A stretch of DNA of 64,000 bases from Bacillota bacterium (GTDB lineage: Bacteria; Bacillota; Clostridia; Lachnospirales; Lachnospiraceae). The translations under genes and the position numbers were made by a program. The notes under the pieces were generated by a model. It searched no databases. It worked only from the letters and a program-made list of their open reading frames with translations, and had not been told where the DNA came from. The stretch spans positions 3,741-67,740 of the forward strand of contig JAEZLZ010000097.1 of the NCBI GenBank assembly GCA_023415055.1, read 5' to 3'. Below, piece by piece: positions 45,550-55,483 of this stretch (the stretch's first letter is position 1; every line of letters starts with the position of its first letter).

Positions 45550-45573
45550 ATGCGCTCTGCATGTGCACGTTCC
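45550..45573 (+). mobile_element. Group IIC intron 5'-end remnant (copy 4)
   Basis: ATGCGCTCTGCATGTGCACGTTCC 3 nt after the terminator T-tract; similar to copy 2. Confidence 0.5.
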
Positions 45574-45755
45574 TTAGACAATTTATTTTGTTCAGTGTCA
45601 GATAGAAAAAAACGGGATGGAAATTGGTGGAATAATTTAAGGGATTATGATAAAATGGGTTAGATATTATATCAAACAAATAGGTATCTATTATAGAGTA
45701 ACAGTTTTACCTGAGCTTTGGGAATTTCATATTATGAATACTAGGCGGTGCTTAT

Positions 45756-46550
45756 ATGTATAAAATGAACAAGATAGAGAATGTCATTGAACAATACCAG
45801 AACGATGAAAATTTATCAATCAGAATTCAACTACATTCCAAATATAGTACGAATAAACAAGGCTGGTATCCATGGCTTTTTGAACAATATGAGTTTGCAA
45901 ATGGATACCGGATACTGGAACTTGGCTGTGGAAATGGAGATCAGTGGCAGGATCGTATAGACAAACTCCCCGCACATTGCACATTAGTGTTGTCCGATTT
46001 TTCAGAAGGTATGATTAATAAAGTATGGGAAAAATATTCTTGTCATAAGAACCTACTTTCGCAAAAAATAGATATACAGAACATACCTTTTCCTGATCAA
46101 TGCTTTGATGCTGTTATTGCCAATCATATGTTGTATCATGTTCCGGATTTGTCAAAAGCAATTTCCGAAGTACATAGAGTATTAAGAAGCGGCGGCAAAT
46201 TTTATGCTGCTACCAATGGTAACGGTGGTATGAGAACATATTTACATAATGCCAGAAAACTCATCGATTCTGGTACACCCGCTTTATCAGATGGTTTTTC
46301 ATTCAGTCTTCAAAATGGTGCAGAACTTCTTAGTAAATATTTTGGCGATGTGAAAAGCTGCCTATATGGAGATTCTTTGCACATCACAGAAACACAGGAT
46401 TTGATTGATTGGATGAAATCAGCCGCAACTATTTCAAACTATTCTGAATGTGATTTTGAAAAATTATACGATTATTTTGAGAATATCAGGATCAAACAAG
46501 GAGCTATCGAGGTGCCAAAGGAGTTGGGATTATTTATTTCAACAAAGTGA
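45756..46550 (+). CDS. Class I SAM-dependent methyltransferase
   Basis: ILELGCGNG, SDFSEGM, FDAVIANHMLYHV, RVL..GG. Confidence 0.9.
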   Translation: MYKMNKIENVIEQYQNDENLSIRIQLHSKYSTNKQGWYPWLFEQYEFANGYRILELGCGNGDQWQDRIDKLPAHCTLVLSDFSEGMINKVWEKYSCHKNLLSQKIDIQNIPFPDQCFDAVIANHMLYHVPDLSKAISEVHRVLRSGGKFYAATNGNGGMRTYLHNARKLIDSGTPALSDGFSFSLQNGAELLSKYFGDVKSCLYGDSLHITETQDLIDWMKSAATISNYSECDFEKLYDYFENIRIKQGAIEVPKELGLFISTK

Positions 46551-46580
46551 TACTACTTGCTGAATAGGAGGATGTTTTAT

Positions 46581-47447
46581 TTGAATTCATATGATTCCAT
46601 TATGAAAAAAATAGTGTCATTTGCGAATGAATCGGAATTGATTCAGGCGATGGTTCTTTTTGGTTCCAGAGCAAGAGAAAAAGATCCTGCAGATAAGTAT
46701 TCGGATTACGATATCATTTTTCTTGTAAAGGACGTTGATTATTTCTTAAGTACAGATGATTGGCTGAATCAAATTGAACAATACTATATTTCCTTTCAAG
46801 AACCAACAGCAGCCTATGGCCAGGAGCGCAGAGTGTTTTTCAGAGATGCGATGGATATGGACTTTCTATTTTACGAGGTGAAAGATGCGGAGAGGTTAGC
46901 AGCTGATCCTACGATACAATCCTTCTTTGCTCGCGGATATCAGATATTGGTAGATAAAGTTGATTTTAAAGGTGCTGTGGAACGCAATAAACCAATGAAA
47001 TCAACGGAAGCTATAAAAACTGTTTTGACAGAGACGGAATTTATTAATCTGGTAAATATATTTTGGTTTCACTCAATCTGGTCGGTGAAAAAGATATTAC
47101 GAGGAGAAACCTGGTCAGCAAAAAGCTGTGTTGATGGTTATATGAAGGATTTATTAAGGCAGATGCTTGAGAGCTATTCAAAAGCTGATCATGGGAAAGA
47201 CTTTGATGTTTGGCATGATGGCAGATTTTTTGACAATTGGGTCGAGGAAGATATTAAGAGAAAGTTGAAGAAAGCATATGGAGCTTATGACGCTGAGGAT
47301 ATTTTAAGAGCGCTGAACAATACGATGCGTATCTTTAGTGAGGTTTCAAATAAAACTGCAACTCTTCTGGATTATGATTATCCAATCACAGCTGAGACAT
47401 ATGCTTTGGAGCAAATAGAAAAACTTACTTCACAGATTCACGGATGA
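46581..47447 (+). CDS. Aminoglycoside 6-adenylyltransferase-family nucleotidyltransferase (distant homolog)
   Basis: FGSRAR....D.YSDYD motif, WHDGRF...W, helical C-terminus; RBS AGGAGG then TTG 46581. Confidence 0.75.
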   Translation: MNSYDSIMKKIVSFANESELIQAMVLFGSRAREKDPADKYSDYDIIFLVKDVDYFLSTDDWLNQIEQYYISFQEPTAAYGQERRVFFRDAMDMDFLFYEVKDAERLAADPTIQSFFARGYQILVDKVDFKGAVERNKPMKSTEAIKTVLTETEFINLVNIFWFHSIWSVKKILRGETWSAKSCVDGYMKDLLRQMLESYSKADHGKDFDVWHDGRFFDNWVEEDIKRKLKKAYGAYDAEDILRALNNTMRIFSEVSNKTATLLDYDYPITAETYALEQIEKLTSQIHG

Positions 47448-47472
47448 CTATGATTTTATGGAGGCAAATTCA

Positions 47473-48003
47473 ATGACAACACCTATTTTAGAAACAGAGA
47501 GATTACTGTTAAGGCCTTTTACCATAGAAGATACACAGGAAGTATTCGAGTGTTGGGAAAGTGATGCAGATGTTGCAAGATATATGATGTGGGAAAGTCA
47601 TAATGATATTGAAAAAACAAAGAAATTTATTGAATACGAATTATCTATGTTATCAATTGATAAGTGGTATCGTTGGTGTATCACGGATAAAATTACAAAA
47701 ACAATATTTGGTACTTGCCTAATATACTTCAATGATGAGGAGAACTGCTGGGATATCTCTTATAATCTGGGTAAGAAATATTGGAGAAGAGGTTATGTTA
47801 CAGAAGCAATGAAAAAAGTGATGGAATTTGCAATTCATTCATTAGGATTGAAAGAATTTATTGCTGCACATGCAATAGAAAATCCTGCATCTGGAAAAGT
47901 AATAGAAAAGTTAGGATTTCAATATGAATGTGATATTGACTATATCTGTAACGGTGGCAATATACATACAATAGGAAAAAAATATCGCTTGAAAGTAATT
48001 TGA
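47473..48003 (+). CDS. RimJ/RimL-type GNAT
   Basis: LETERLLLRP, YW..GY.TEA, N.AS..V.EK.GF. Confidence 0.9.
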   Translation: MTTPILETERLLLRPFTIEDTQEVFECWESDADVARYMMWESHNDIEKTKKFIEYELSMLSIDKWYRWCITDKITKTIFGTCLIYFNDEENCWDISYNLGKKYWRRGYVTEAMKKVMEFAIHSLGLKEFIAAHAIENPASGKVIEKLGFQYECDIDYICNGGNIHTIGKKYRLKVI

Positions 48004-48115
48004 TGTAGGAGAAAGAAAGATTTTATTAAGAGCTATTTTTCATTATTTTATTATCAATTATTATTTAGAAAATCAAAACATTAATTAAAAAGTATCAGGA
48101 AAAGGAGAAAAGCAA

Positions 48116-48445
48116 GTGAAAATTCAAGATGTCCCTTTTTGCACAATTGATTGGAAAACAGTAAAACCGACAAGACATCCGGGCATAACCGGAGAGGCCT
48201 ATTGGCGTACCTTTGAAATAGGAAATATAAGAGTTCGTATGGTCGAATATACGCCAGGGTATTTAGCAGATCATTGGTGTAAACGCGGGCATGTACTTCT
48301 GGTCCTGGAGGGTGAATTAGTAACTGAACTTGAGGATGGCAGAAAATTTACATTAATGCCAGGAATGAGTTACCAGGTTGCCGAAGATGTGAATCCTCAT
48401 CGTTCTTATACAGAACAAGGTGCTAAGCTGTTTATTGTAGACTGA
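48116..48445 (+). CDS. DHCW-motif cupin protein
   Basis: RVRMVEY..GYLADHWC.RGH. Confidence 0.9.
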   Translation: MKIQDVPFCTIDWKTVKPTRHPGITGEAYWRTFEIGNIRVRMVEYTPGYLADHWCKRGHVLLVLEGELVTELEDGRKFTLMPGMSYQVAEDVNPHRSYTEQGAKLFIVD

Positions 48446-48605
48446 TTTTATGATCCAAATGCGGTTCTTTTCATCCGAGCTTACTTATTATTTGATGAAA
48501 CAGATCAATAGAGAGGGAAATTTAGAAGCGGCAAGAAAAGCCGAAATGAAGGCAGTTTTGCTCAAATAAATTGTATTAGTTAAATAATTTCAAGGGTGGA
48601 GTATA

Positions 48606-49202
48606 ATGCTAGAGTGGTTTTTAAAAAATAAGATGAGGTTTTTAGTGGGTCTGATTTCTGCAATTATAATCTGCAGTATAGTGAGATTACAGTTTCCTGC
48701 TAATCAACTGCTTTCGGATGAAGAATTAGAGAGACTTATATCCGATAAAGGTATTGAGCCCGTTTTAATTAGCAATATAGGAGATTCTTATACTGCTATT
48801 CTTTATAAAGATGACAATAGAATTGAAAGATTAATGTTAATTGCATATAAGAACATTTGGAGCACAGTTAAGACAAAACCATTTGCTTTTTATACACCAG
48901 ACAGAGCTAGCAAAGTAAATGTTGAATACTGGTCTAAAGATCCATTTAGATACAATTTAATTGGTTTTGTTGGAATAGAAATATTGAATAAAGAAGTTTT
49001 TGATAAAGCAAAAAGTGTTAAAGTAGTATTAGATAATGGTGTCGTTGAAAGAGCATATTTCAATAATTCAAATATTCTGTTAGTACCTGCAACAAGAAAA
49101 TATTTTTGGGAGAAGCCAAGAATAGAAATAATTGAATTATATGATGATAATGGAAAAGTTATAGATGGATTTTACACTAGGTCAGAATATTTACCTGATT
49201 AA
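48606..49202 (+). CDS. Hypothetical membrane-anchored protein (AT-rich gene)
   Basis: N-terminal TM helix; RBS GGAG. Confidence 0.65.
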   Translation: MLEWFLKNKMRFLVGLISAIIICSIVRLQFPANQLLSDEELERLISDKGIEPVLISNIGDSYTAILYKDDNRIERLMLIAYKNIWSTVKTKPFAFYTPDRASKVNVEYWSKDPFRYNLIGFVGIEILNKEVFDKAKSVKVVLDNGVVERAYFNNSNILLVPATRKYFWEKPRIEIIELYDDNGKVIDGFYTRSEYLPD

Positions 49203-49329
49203 TGTATGGGATTAGAGTTGTTATGATACACATTCATTCTATGGCAATTGTGAAGTAATTCACTTAATCATTACGTATCAATTCAGAATACGAGATTTAA
49301 CGTCAAAACATTCATTTTAGGAGATTTCA

Positions 49330-49884
49330 ATGAGCACTGGTAATGGAATAATTATTATGGGTCTGAATGGGAGTGGCAAATCCACAATTTGTCGTGAACT
49401 GTCAGAGCTATTGAACTATAGACGTATGGATGTAGAAGACTATTATTTTCTAGACTCTGACATACCATATACGAAAAGCCGCACTCGCGAAGAGGTTAAG
49501 CGGTTGATGCTTGATGATATTAACAACTATCACAACTATATACTCTCATCCGTCGGGTGTAATTGGGATTCCGAGATTGTATCTACATATAAGCTGGCCG
49601 TTCTTCTTTATGCTCCGCTTCAAGTGAGATTAGATCGAATAAAGCAACGAGAAATAGCTCGTTTTGGGAATAGAGTTTTAGATGGGGGAAATATGTATGA
49701 ATCTCAAAAGCGATTTTATGATATGGTTGTATCACGTTCTGCAGAGGATATAAGACAGCAGGCATGTTCGCTCACTTGCCCGGTATTGGAGATAGATGCA
49801 ACACAGCCAGTGAAAGAAATTCTTAATTTGATTTACAGCAATTATTTGAATATACTGGAAGAAGGATCAGCGAATAATGGATGA
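49330..49884 (+). CDS. P-loop kinase (adenylate/shikimate kinase-like)
   Basis: GLNGSGKST; R..RI..RE..RFG lid. Confidence 0.85.
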   Translation: MSTGNGIIIMGLNGSGKSTICRELSELLNYRRMDVEDYYFLDSDIPYTKSRTREEVKRLMLDDINNYHNYILSSVGCNWDSEIVSTYKLAVLLYAPLQVRLDRIKQREIARFGNRVLDGGNMYESQKRFYDMVVSRSAEDIRQQACSLTCPVLEIDATQPVKEILNLIYSNYLNILEEGSANNG

Positions 49885-49935
49885 TATTAGTATTGATACA
49901 GATAGTGATTCGATTTTAAATGGAGGACAAGTTCT

Positions 49936-50511
49936 ATGGATGAAAAAATAAGATGCTCTTGGGCAGGAAACACCGCCATATACATAGATTATCATGACAA
50001 TGAATGGGGACGGCCGGTACATGATGATATCAAGCTCTTTGAAATGCTTATTTTAGAAGGAATGCAGGCAGGGCTTTCATGGATAACCATACTTAATCGA
50101 AGAGAAGCATTCAGAGAGGCTTTTGATGGGTTTGATCCTAATAAGGTAGCCCTTTATGATGATACAAAAATTCAAGAACTCATAGTAAACGAAAAAATAA
50201 TTAGAAATCGCCTTAAAATTAATGCCGCTGTGAGCAATGCCAAGGCATTTTTAAAAGTGATTGAAGAATACGGAAGCTTTGATAAGTTTATATGGGGATA
50301 TGTGGACTATGCACCGATTACAGGTCGTTGGGAGAAACTCCAAGACGTTCCGGCAAGCACACCTCTCTCCGATAAGATTAGTAAAGACTTGAAGAAAAGG
50401 GGCTTTAAGTTTGTTGGTTCAACCATAATTTATGCATTCATGCAAGCTACTGGTATGGTCAATGATCATATTATGACCTGCTTTGCTTATGATGAGATAT
50501 TGAACAGGTAG
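49936..50511 (+). CDS. tag: DNA-3-methyladenine glycosylase I
   Basis: RC.W, YHD.EWG, EG.QAGLSW, IIRNRLKI, GFKFVGST..Y.FMQA.G..NDH...C. Confidence 0.95.
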   Translation: MDEKIRCSWAGNTAIYIDYHDNEWGRPVHDDIKLFEMLILEGMQAGLSWITILNRREAFREAFDGFDPNKVALYDDTKIQELIVNEKIIRNRLKINAAVSNAKAFLKVIEEYGSFDKFIWGYVDYAPITGRWEKLQDVPASTPLSDKISKDLKKRGFKFVGSTIIYAFMQATGMVNDHIMTCFAYDEILNR

Positions 50512-50597
50512 CGTTTGAAAATAGCCAAGGTATCACTCACTACCGTTACATTAAGGATTGAAATGTACTTATTCCCAAAAAGAAGGATGTATCATAA

Positions 50598-50810
50598 ATG
50601 AATTGGTCCAGGTATGATGAAGTAAACCATATAATAGAAAAATTACTGAAGGGACATCGAAAAATCTTTGAGGATAAAATGGCTGGCTTTTATTTGTATG
50701 GATCGTTGATATGGGGTGATTTTGACGTTGTTTCCAGCGATATAGATACACTATGTGCATTAGCCTCCGAGGTAACTCCTGAGGAAATCGATATGTCAAT
50801 GAGACAATAA
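50598..50810 (+). pseudogene. Truncated nucleotidyltransferase (AadA/ANT-like N-terminal domain only)
   Basis: G.YLYGSL..GDF....SDID; stops after 70 aa. Confidence 0.75.
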
Positions 50811-51023
50811 GAGCAATAATAAATTGCGAACATAAAATGCGAAGTAAAGCTGCTTTGCAACATTTCAAAAGTGTGTCTCAATCGTTTACAATAGTGAAAT
50901 ATCAAAGAAGTATATTAATACACAGGAAGATGAAATAGTTTGGACTTTAATAGAAAAATGGAAGCCGAGTATCTGCGAGCTAATCCCACTTCAGGGTATT
51001 TGACAGAAATTCTGACATAAAAA

Positions 51024-51215
51024 GAATTCCCGGACTATATTGATTATTTACCGCATGGATACATTGTACGAATAATTGGTATTATTGGATATTTACCTGA
51101 AGTGGATGAGGGCCTTACTAACCCCATATCAATGTCAAGAGAAGAATTCAAATATTTTGCTGATAATACAGCTGCTCTTGTGGTGAGTAAGTTAAGGGAA
51201 ACAAAGTTGATTTGA
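51024..51215 (+). pseudogene. Start-less 3' gene fragment
   Basis: 63-codon open frame EFPDYIDYLPHGYIVRIIG...LRETKLI with no RBS or start. Confidence 0.4.
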
Positions 51216-51247
51216 TAAATAACATAATAAAACTGGAGGTAAACAAC

Positions 51248-52261
51248 ATGAAACGAAATATGGCTACCACAATATTAGTAGTACTAATAATCATTACACT
51301 TTGCTCCTGTGAAAAGAGATCAGCAATAGATACAACTCAGGAAGCTATCAATCCTATTACAGAAGCTGCTTCTGGGGAGAATGAACCGGAAGAACCGGCA
51401 ATTGTCACTGCGGAACCCAAAAAGCCGATCGTAGAAAGCATTACCCCTGCAATAACAGAGGATACTACCAATGTCATTCCTGTTACCTTAGAGGTACCTC
51501 CCTTCAGTTATTATTTATCAGACAAAGTAAAGGCAGATGACAATCAACCCATTCAATTAGCAATGATATCAAGTACTCCTAATGAAATTACTGATGAGGA
51601 CAAATGGTTCATTGATAATAACCTAATCTTTAACACTTATGAGGTGCCTAATTCATTTCGATATATTACCGGTAATCTGCCGGACGGAATTGCCAAGAAG
51701 TGGGACGAATTGATTATAACTTCTGCATTCTATGACGATTTTTACATTTACTGTACCTATGGATCAAACTTTAGTGAAGGCTATAAATTGAATATCTATG
51801 ATAAGAATTCTTTCGAGATTATTTATGCTTTAGACTTTACTAATTATTGTTATGCACCGGAATATATCTCGGAGGATTTTGATTATATTCAGCAGGCAAT
51901 TAATTGGGCAGAGATTAAGGATAATATTCTATATGTTTCGCATAGTCATAGTACCTATGCGAAAAGCTCTAATAATATGAATGCTTACATAACAGCCATC
52001 GATCTGTCTGATATGTCTATACAGTGGAGAACGGATCCATTAGTCAGCAACGTATACAATTTTCAAATTATTGATAATGTTATTATTAGCGGGTACGGAT
52101 TTACGGATGAACCTGATTTCTTATATCAGATTGATACTTCCAGTGGTAAGGTTATAGATAAAATACCATTGAAAACAGCGGCAGAATATATCATTAAGAA
52201 GGGTAATGTACTATATGTGCGTACTTATAATATGAATTATGAGTTTGAAATCACTCAATAG
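51248..52261 (+). CDS. Lipoprotein with C-terminal beta-propeller-like region
   Basis: Lipobox LCSC; acidic Pro/Thr linker; ITAID....I.WR and LY.ID...G.V repeats. Confidence 0.7.
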   Translation: MKRNMATTILVVLIIITLCSCEKRSAIDTTQEAINPITEAASGENEPEEPAIVTAEPKKPIVESITPAITEDTTNVIPVTLEVPPFSYYLSDKVKADDNQPIQLAMISSTPNEITDEDKWFIDNNLIFNTYEVPNSFRYITGNLPDGIAKKWDELIITSAFYDDFYIYCTYGSNFSEGYKLNIYDKNSFEIIYALDFTNYCYAPEYISEDFDYIQQAINWAEIKDNILYVSHSHSTYAKSSNNMNAYITAIDLSDMSIQWRTDPLVSNVYNFQIIDNVIISGYGFTDEPDFLYQIDTSSGKVIDKIPLKTAAEYIIKKGNVLYVRTYNMNYEFEITQ

Positions 52262-52385
52262 ATTGGTACATTTGGAGTTTTTGGCATTTCCCGGTTCCGA
52301 AAGATTGGAATACATTGTTTGTTCCCAAGTAAATTATTGCACAGATACATATTCAGCAATATCCTAATAAAAGGAGGAAATTATT

Positions 52386-52802
52386 ATGCAAGATGTTTTT
52401 CCAACAGAACAAGAACTTAACGAAATGCTCGGAGCAGAGAAATATATGGTATGGGTGGCTGTCAGCAATCTTATTGAAAGCTCATACGAAATGGAGATCT
52501 TACGCAAGAACACGAATTGGAACGATTGGAAATACGAGCATAAATACCGTCGTGGCGGTAAAACCTTATGTACGCTTTACGCCAATGAAAAAGGTTTTAT
52601 GATACAAATAGTTTTTGGAAAAGAGGAACGAGCTAAATTTGAGAACGAACAACATACTTACTCGGATGAAGTTCAAAGCATCTATAATAATTCAACGACA
52701 TATCATGACGGCAAATGGATGTCTTTTGAACCGGCCAATTCCCTACTAGAGGATATTCAGAGGTTATTGTATATCAAAAGAAAACCAAATAAAAATAAAT
52801 AA
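52386..52802 (+). CDS. DUF3788-family protein
   Basis: KY...GKTLCTLY, FGK.ER..FE, YHDGKW, L..IKRKPN. Confidence 0.8.
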   Translation: MQDVFPTEQELNEMLGAEKYMVWVAVSNLIESSYEMEILRKNTNWNDWKYEHKYRRGGKTLCTLYANEKGFMIQIVFGKEERAKFENEQHTYSDEVQSIYNNSTTYHDGKWMSFEPANSLLEDIQRLLYIKRKPNKNK

Positions 52803-52934
52803 ATGTTCCATGGGCTTCTGGATTTGGGCGGTAATTTATTGCGATACGGTAGAGTATAGGCATAATTAATTGAATAATCTCAATAAATTAGAGATTAATA
52901 TATAGATTAATATAATAAATCAGGAGCGCATGAA

Positions 52935-53184
52935 ATGAAAAAAATGATTTGGTCGAGAGTTTTATTAGGTATTGGAGGCTTATAATTAGTCTGTTATATA
53001 GTTGGTATTACATATTTTTTATAGTTTTCGTGAATACAACAGGTACGCTTCTGCTGGAGCCGACATTGACGCTCTTATTCATAGTGTATTGCTATTACCC
53101 CCAACTATAATTTGCTTGGTATCATCCATTATATTAAGAATATTCTATAAAAAATCAATAAATAAGTTTTTTTATGATTTATAA
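52935..53184 (+). pseudogene. Disrupted small membrane protein
   Basis: RBS plus MKKMIWSRVLLGIGGL, then stop at 52983; hydrophobic remainder in another frame. Confidence 0.5.
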
Positions 53185-53203
53185 GAGTTTTACGATGACT
53201 TGC

Positions 53204-53238
53204 TTCACATTAGTTACAGAATGCGAATTAGTTGTATT
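53204..53238 (+). repeat. Intergenic dyad repeat TTCACA-N12-TGCGAA-TTAGTTGTATT
   Basis: Matches 53696-53731; partial copies at 49272, 50838 and 61406. Confidence 0.6.
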
Positions 53239-53269
53239 AAATAAAATTCAAATTTTTGGGGGAATAAAA

Positions 53270-53695
53270 ATGGAAGATTATACTATAAGTGAGTGTAATA
53301 ATGTAGAATCAGATTTATTAGTTGATAAAATTGTTGAGTACAATTTATCAATAGTACCATCAAAACAAGAAATTAATTTTTTATGGATAAATAGGGCTAT
53401 TGAAGATATAAATGGAGAAATTATTGCAGGAATTCTTAGTAAAATGTATTGTTGGAATTGTCTTTATATAGATGTTTTATGGGTGAAGGGGGAACATAGA
53501 AAAGATGGATTAGGGACAAAACTTCTTACCGAAATTGAAAAGATAGCAATTGAAAAAGGTTGCCATCTTATTCACTTAGATACTTTTGATTTTCAAGCAA
53601 AGGATTTTTATATAAAGCATGGATATGAGATTTTCGGAGTATTAGATGAATGTCCACAAGGACATACAAGATATTATATGAAAAAGCATATTTAA
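53270..53695 (+). CDS. GNAT acetyltransferase (AT-rich gene)
   Basis: LYIDVLWV....R..GLG, LDTFDFQA..FY.K.GY. Confidence 0.92.
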   Translation: MEDYTISECNNVESDLLVDKIVEYNLSIVPSKQEINFLWINRAIEDINGEIIAGILSKMYCWNCLYIDVLWVKGEHRKDGLGTKLLTEIEKIAIEKGCHLIHLDTFDFQAKDFYIKHGYEIFGVLDECPQGHTRYYMKKHI

Positions 53696-53731
53696 TTCGC
53701 AATATTTATCTACTGCGAAATAAGCTGAATT
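53696..53731 (+). repeat. Intergenic dyad repeat TTCGCA-N12-TGCGAA-ATAAGCTGAATT
   Basis: Begins on the first base after the GNAT stop codon; direct repeat of 53204-53238. Confidence 0.6.
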
Positions 53732-53870
53732 CAAATTATGCTTATGTACGAATGGTAATTGTACATAATAACTAATTTTCCACGTAAAACACGGATGTTA
53801 ACTTGCGTTGCTTGTAGCAACAGGCACTTCAGCAATATGATGATGTCATCATAGCAAGGAGGATAATCAT

Positions 53871-54488
53871 ATGCTTGGAGAAAATATTAAGATACTTAGA
53901 AAGCAAAAGGGATATTCACAGGAAACGTTGGCTGAACAGTTAAATGTAGTTCGTCAGACAGTGTCAAAATGGGAGAAAGGAATCTCTGTGCCGGATGCTG
54001 AAATGCTTGGCAGAATTGCAGAACTCTTTGAGATTTGTGTAAGTGATCTCCTCGGGGGCAAAATACCCGAAGCAAATGCTATGGTAGACACGAATGAGGT
54101 GGCAAAGCAGCTTGCTATTTTAAATGAGCAACTAGCTAAGCAGAGCCGTAATAGAAAGCGGACATTAAAGATTGCATTGATAAGTATTGTGATGTTGATT
54201 TTAATTAGCATCATCATTTATGTGGCAGCATTTTCTCTCTTCAGATTTAGAAAATCATCCGGTGTAACAACCTATGTTGAACTTTATTGTACATTGAACG
54301 GTGAAGAGTACACTTATGCTATTACCTATGATGAGCAGTATCAGATAATTGAAGCTGGCGGTGATGGGTGGATTGCGGATCATGTTCAGACAGAACAATA
54401 TGATGATGCCAATATCCTAATAGCCCAGATCGAAGATTACTTTACAGATCGTGGCGGGACATGCAAACGATCCGATGCCTCACAGTGA
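53871..54488 (+). CDS. XRE-family HTH protein with TM helix and extracellular domain
   Basis: LRKQKGYSQE.LAE.L.VVRQTVSKWEKG; TM segment. Confidence 0.9.
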   Translation: MLGENIKILRKQKGYSQETLAEQLNVVRQTVSKWEKGISVPDAEMLGRIAELFEICVSDLLGGKIPEANAMVDTNEVAKQLAILNEQLAKQSRNRKRTLKIALISIVMLILISIIIYVAAFSLFRFRKSSGVTTYVELYCTLNGEEYTYAITYDEQYQIIEAGGDGWIADHVQTEQYDDANILIAQIEDYFTDRGGTCKRSDASQ

Positions 54489-54912
54489 AATTGAATTTGC
54501 ATGGGAGACCAGACTAATATGATTGTAATTACTACTTGGATGAATGTTTTTTCACAGGCATTTCATATGAATTCTTAGGAGCGAGTGTGGTTCGTTGGTC
54601 TGCAAGAAAGCTATGGTCGTGGCACGTGTTCTGGTGAAAGTATGCCCAGAGAAGATCTGGATTACCACCTATAACGAGTATTTACAAGAAGGAACAACAC
54701 AACCGGCAAAGCGAAAGCATGACTTTATCCAAATGGAGAAACCACTCGATGTGATTAATTTAGTTGATAGGTAGGCATATCGGGATGCTTATGGTCCATG
54801 ATATGAAGCAGAATTAGAATGGCGGACTGAGCTATATGCGGAACTTTATTGACAGATTGAATCCACAGCGATTCACTTTTCGAAGCAAAACAATGTGAAT
54901 TGGAGGTAGCCT

Positions 54913-55404
54913 ATGAGTCAGGATATATTATTTAAAACAGATGATTATATATTTTCGTATCGTGTAGCAGGTATTCTTATAAAAAATGGAAAGATATTAT
55001 TACAAAAACCACTGAACGATAACAGGTATTCTATACCCGGTGGTCATGTCGCTTTCGGTGAATTATCATCTGAAACAATAATTCGTGAATTCAAAGAAGA
55101 AATCAAAGCCGATGTAAAAACTGAAAGATTGATTATGGTAGGTGAACTCTTCTGGCCTTGGGGGAGCAAACCTTGCCAACAAATAAGCTTTTATTATGAA
55201 ATCTCATTATGCAACGAAAATCAAATACCCTTAGAGGGAACATTTCCTGCTTATGATGATTTTGGTAATAAACGAAATGACCTAGAATTTTCATGGATTG
55301 ATTTAAATGAAATTAATAATCTTATGGTTTATCCAACGAATATTAAGGAGGACCTATTATCATTACCAAAAGAACTTAAATATTTTGTTTATCAGCAGGA
55401 ATAG
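54913..55404 (+). CDS. NUDIX hydrolase
   Basis: PGGHV.FGE....I.REF.EE. Confidence 0.9.
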   Translation: MSQDILFKTDDYIFSYRVAGILIKNGKILLQKPLNDNRYSIPGGHVAFGELSSETIIREFKEEIKADVKTERLIMVGELFWPWGSKPCQQISFYYEISLCNENQIPLEGTFPAYDDFGNKRNDLEFSWIDLNEINNLMVYPTNIKEDLLSLPKELKYFVYQQE

Positions 55405-55483
55405 ATTTGATTAAAAAATAATTTATTATGAATTAGTTCCGGTATTTATAGCAAAGCAAAAGATCAAATTAAGAGGAGTAGCA

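Noticed and set aside
54489..54912. GGCACGTGTTCTGGTGAAAGT as a fifth intron stub, or a hidden gene or ncRNA in this 420-bp gap
   Set aside because: No preceding terminator or GTGYG start. The region looks like degenerate coding debris with stops in all frames I read, and I cannot assign it.
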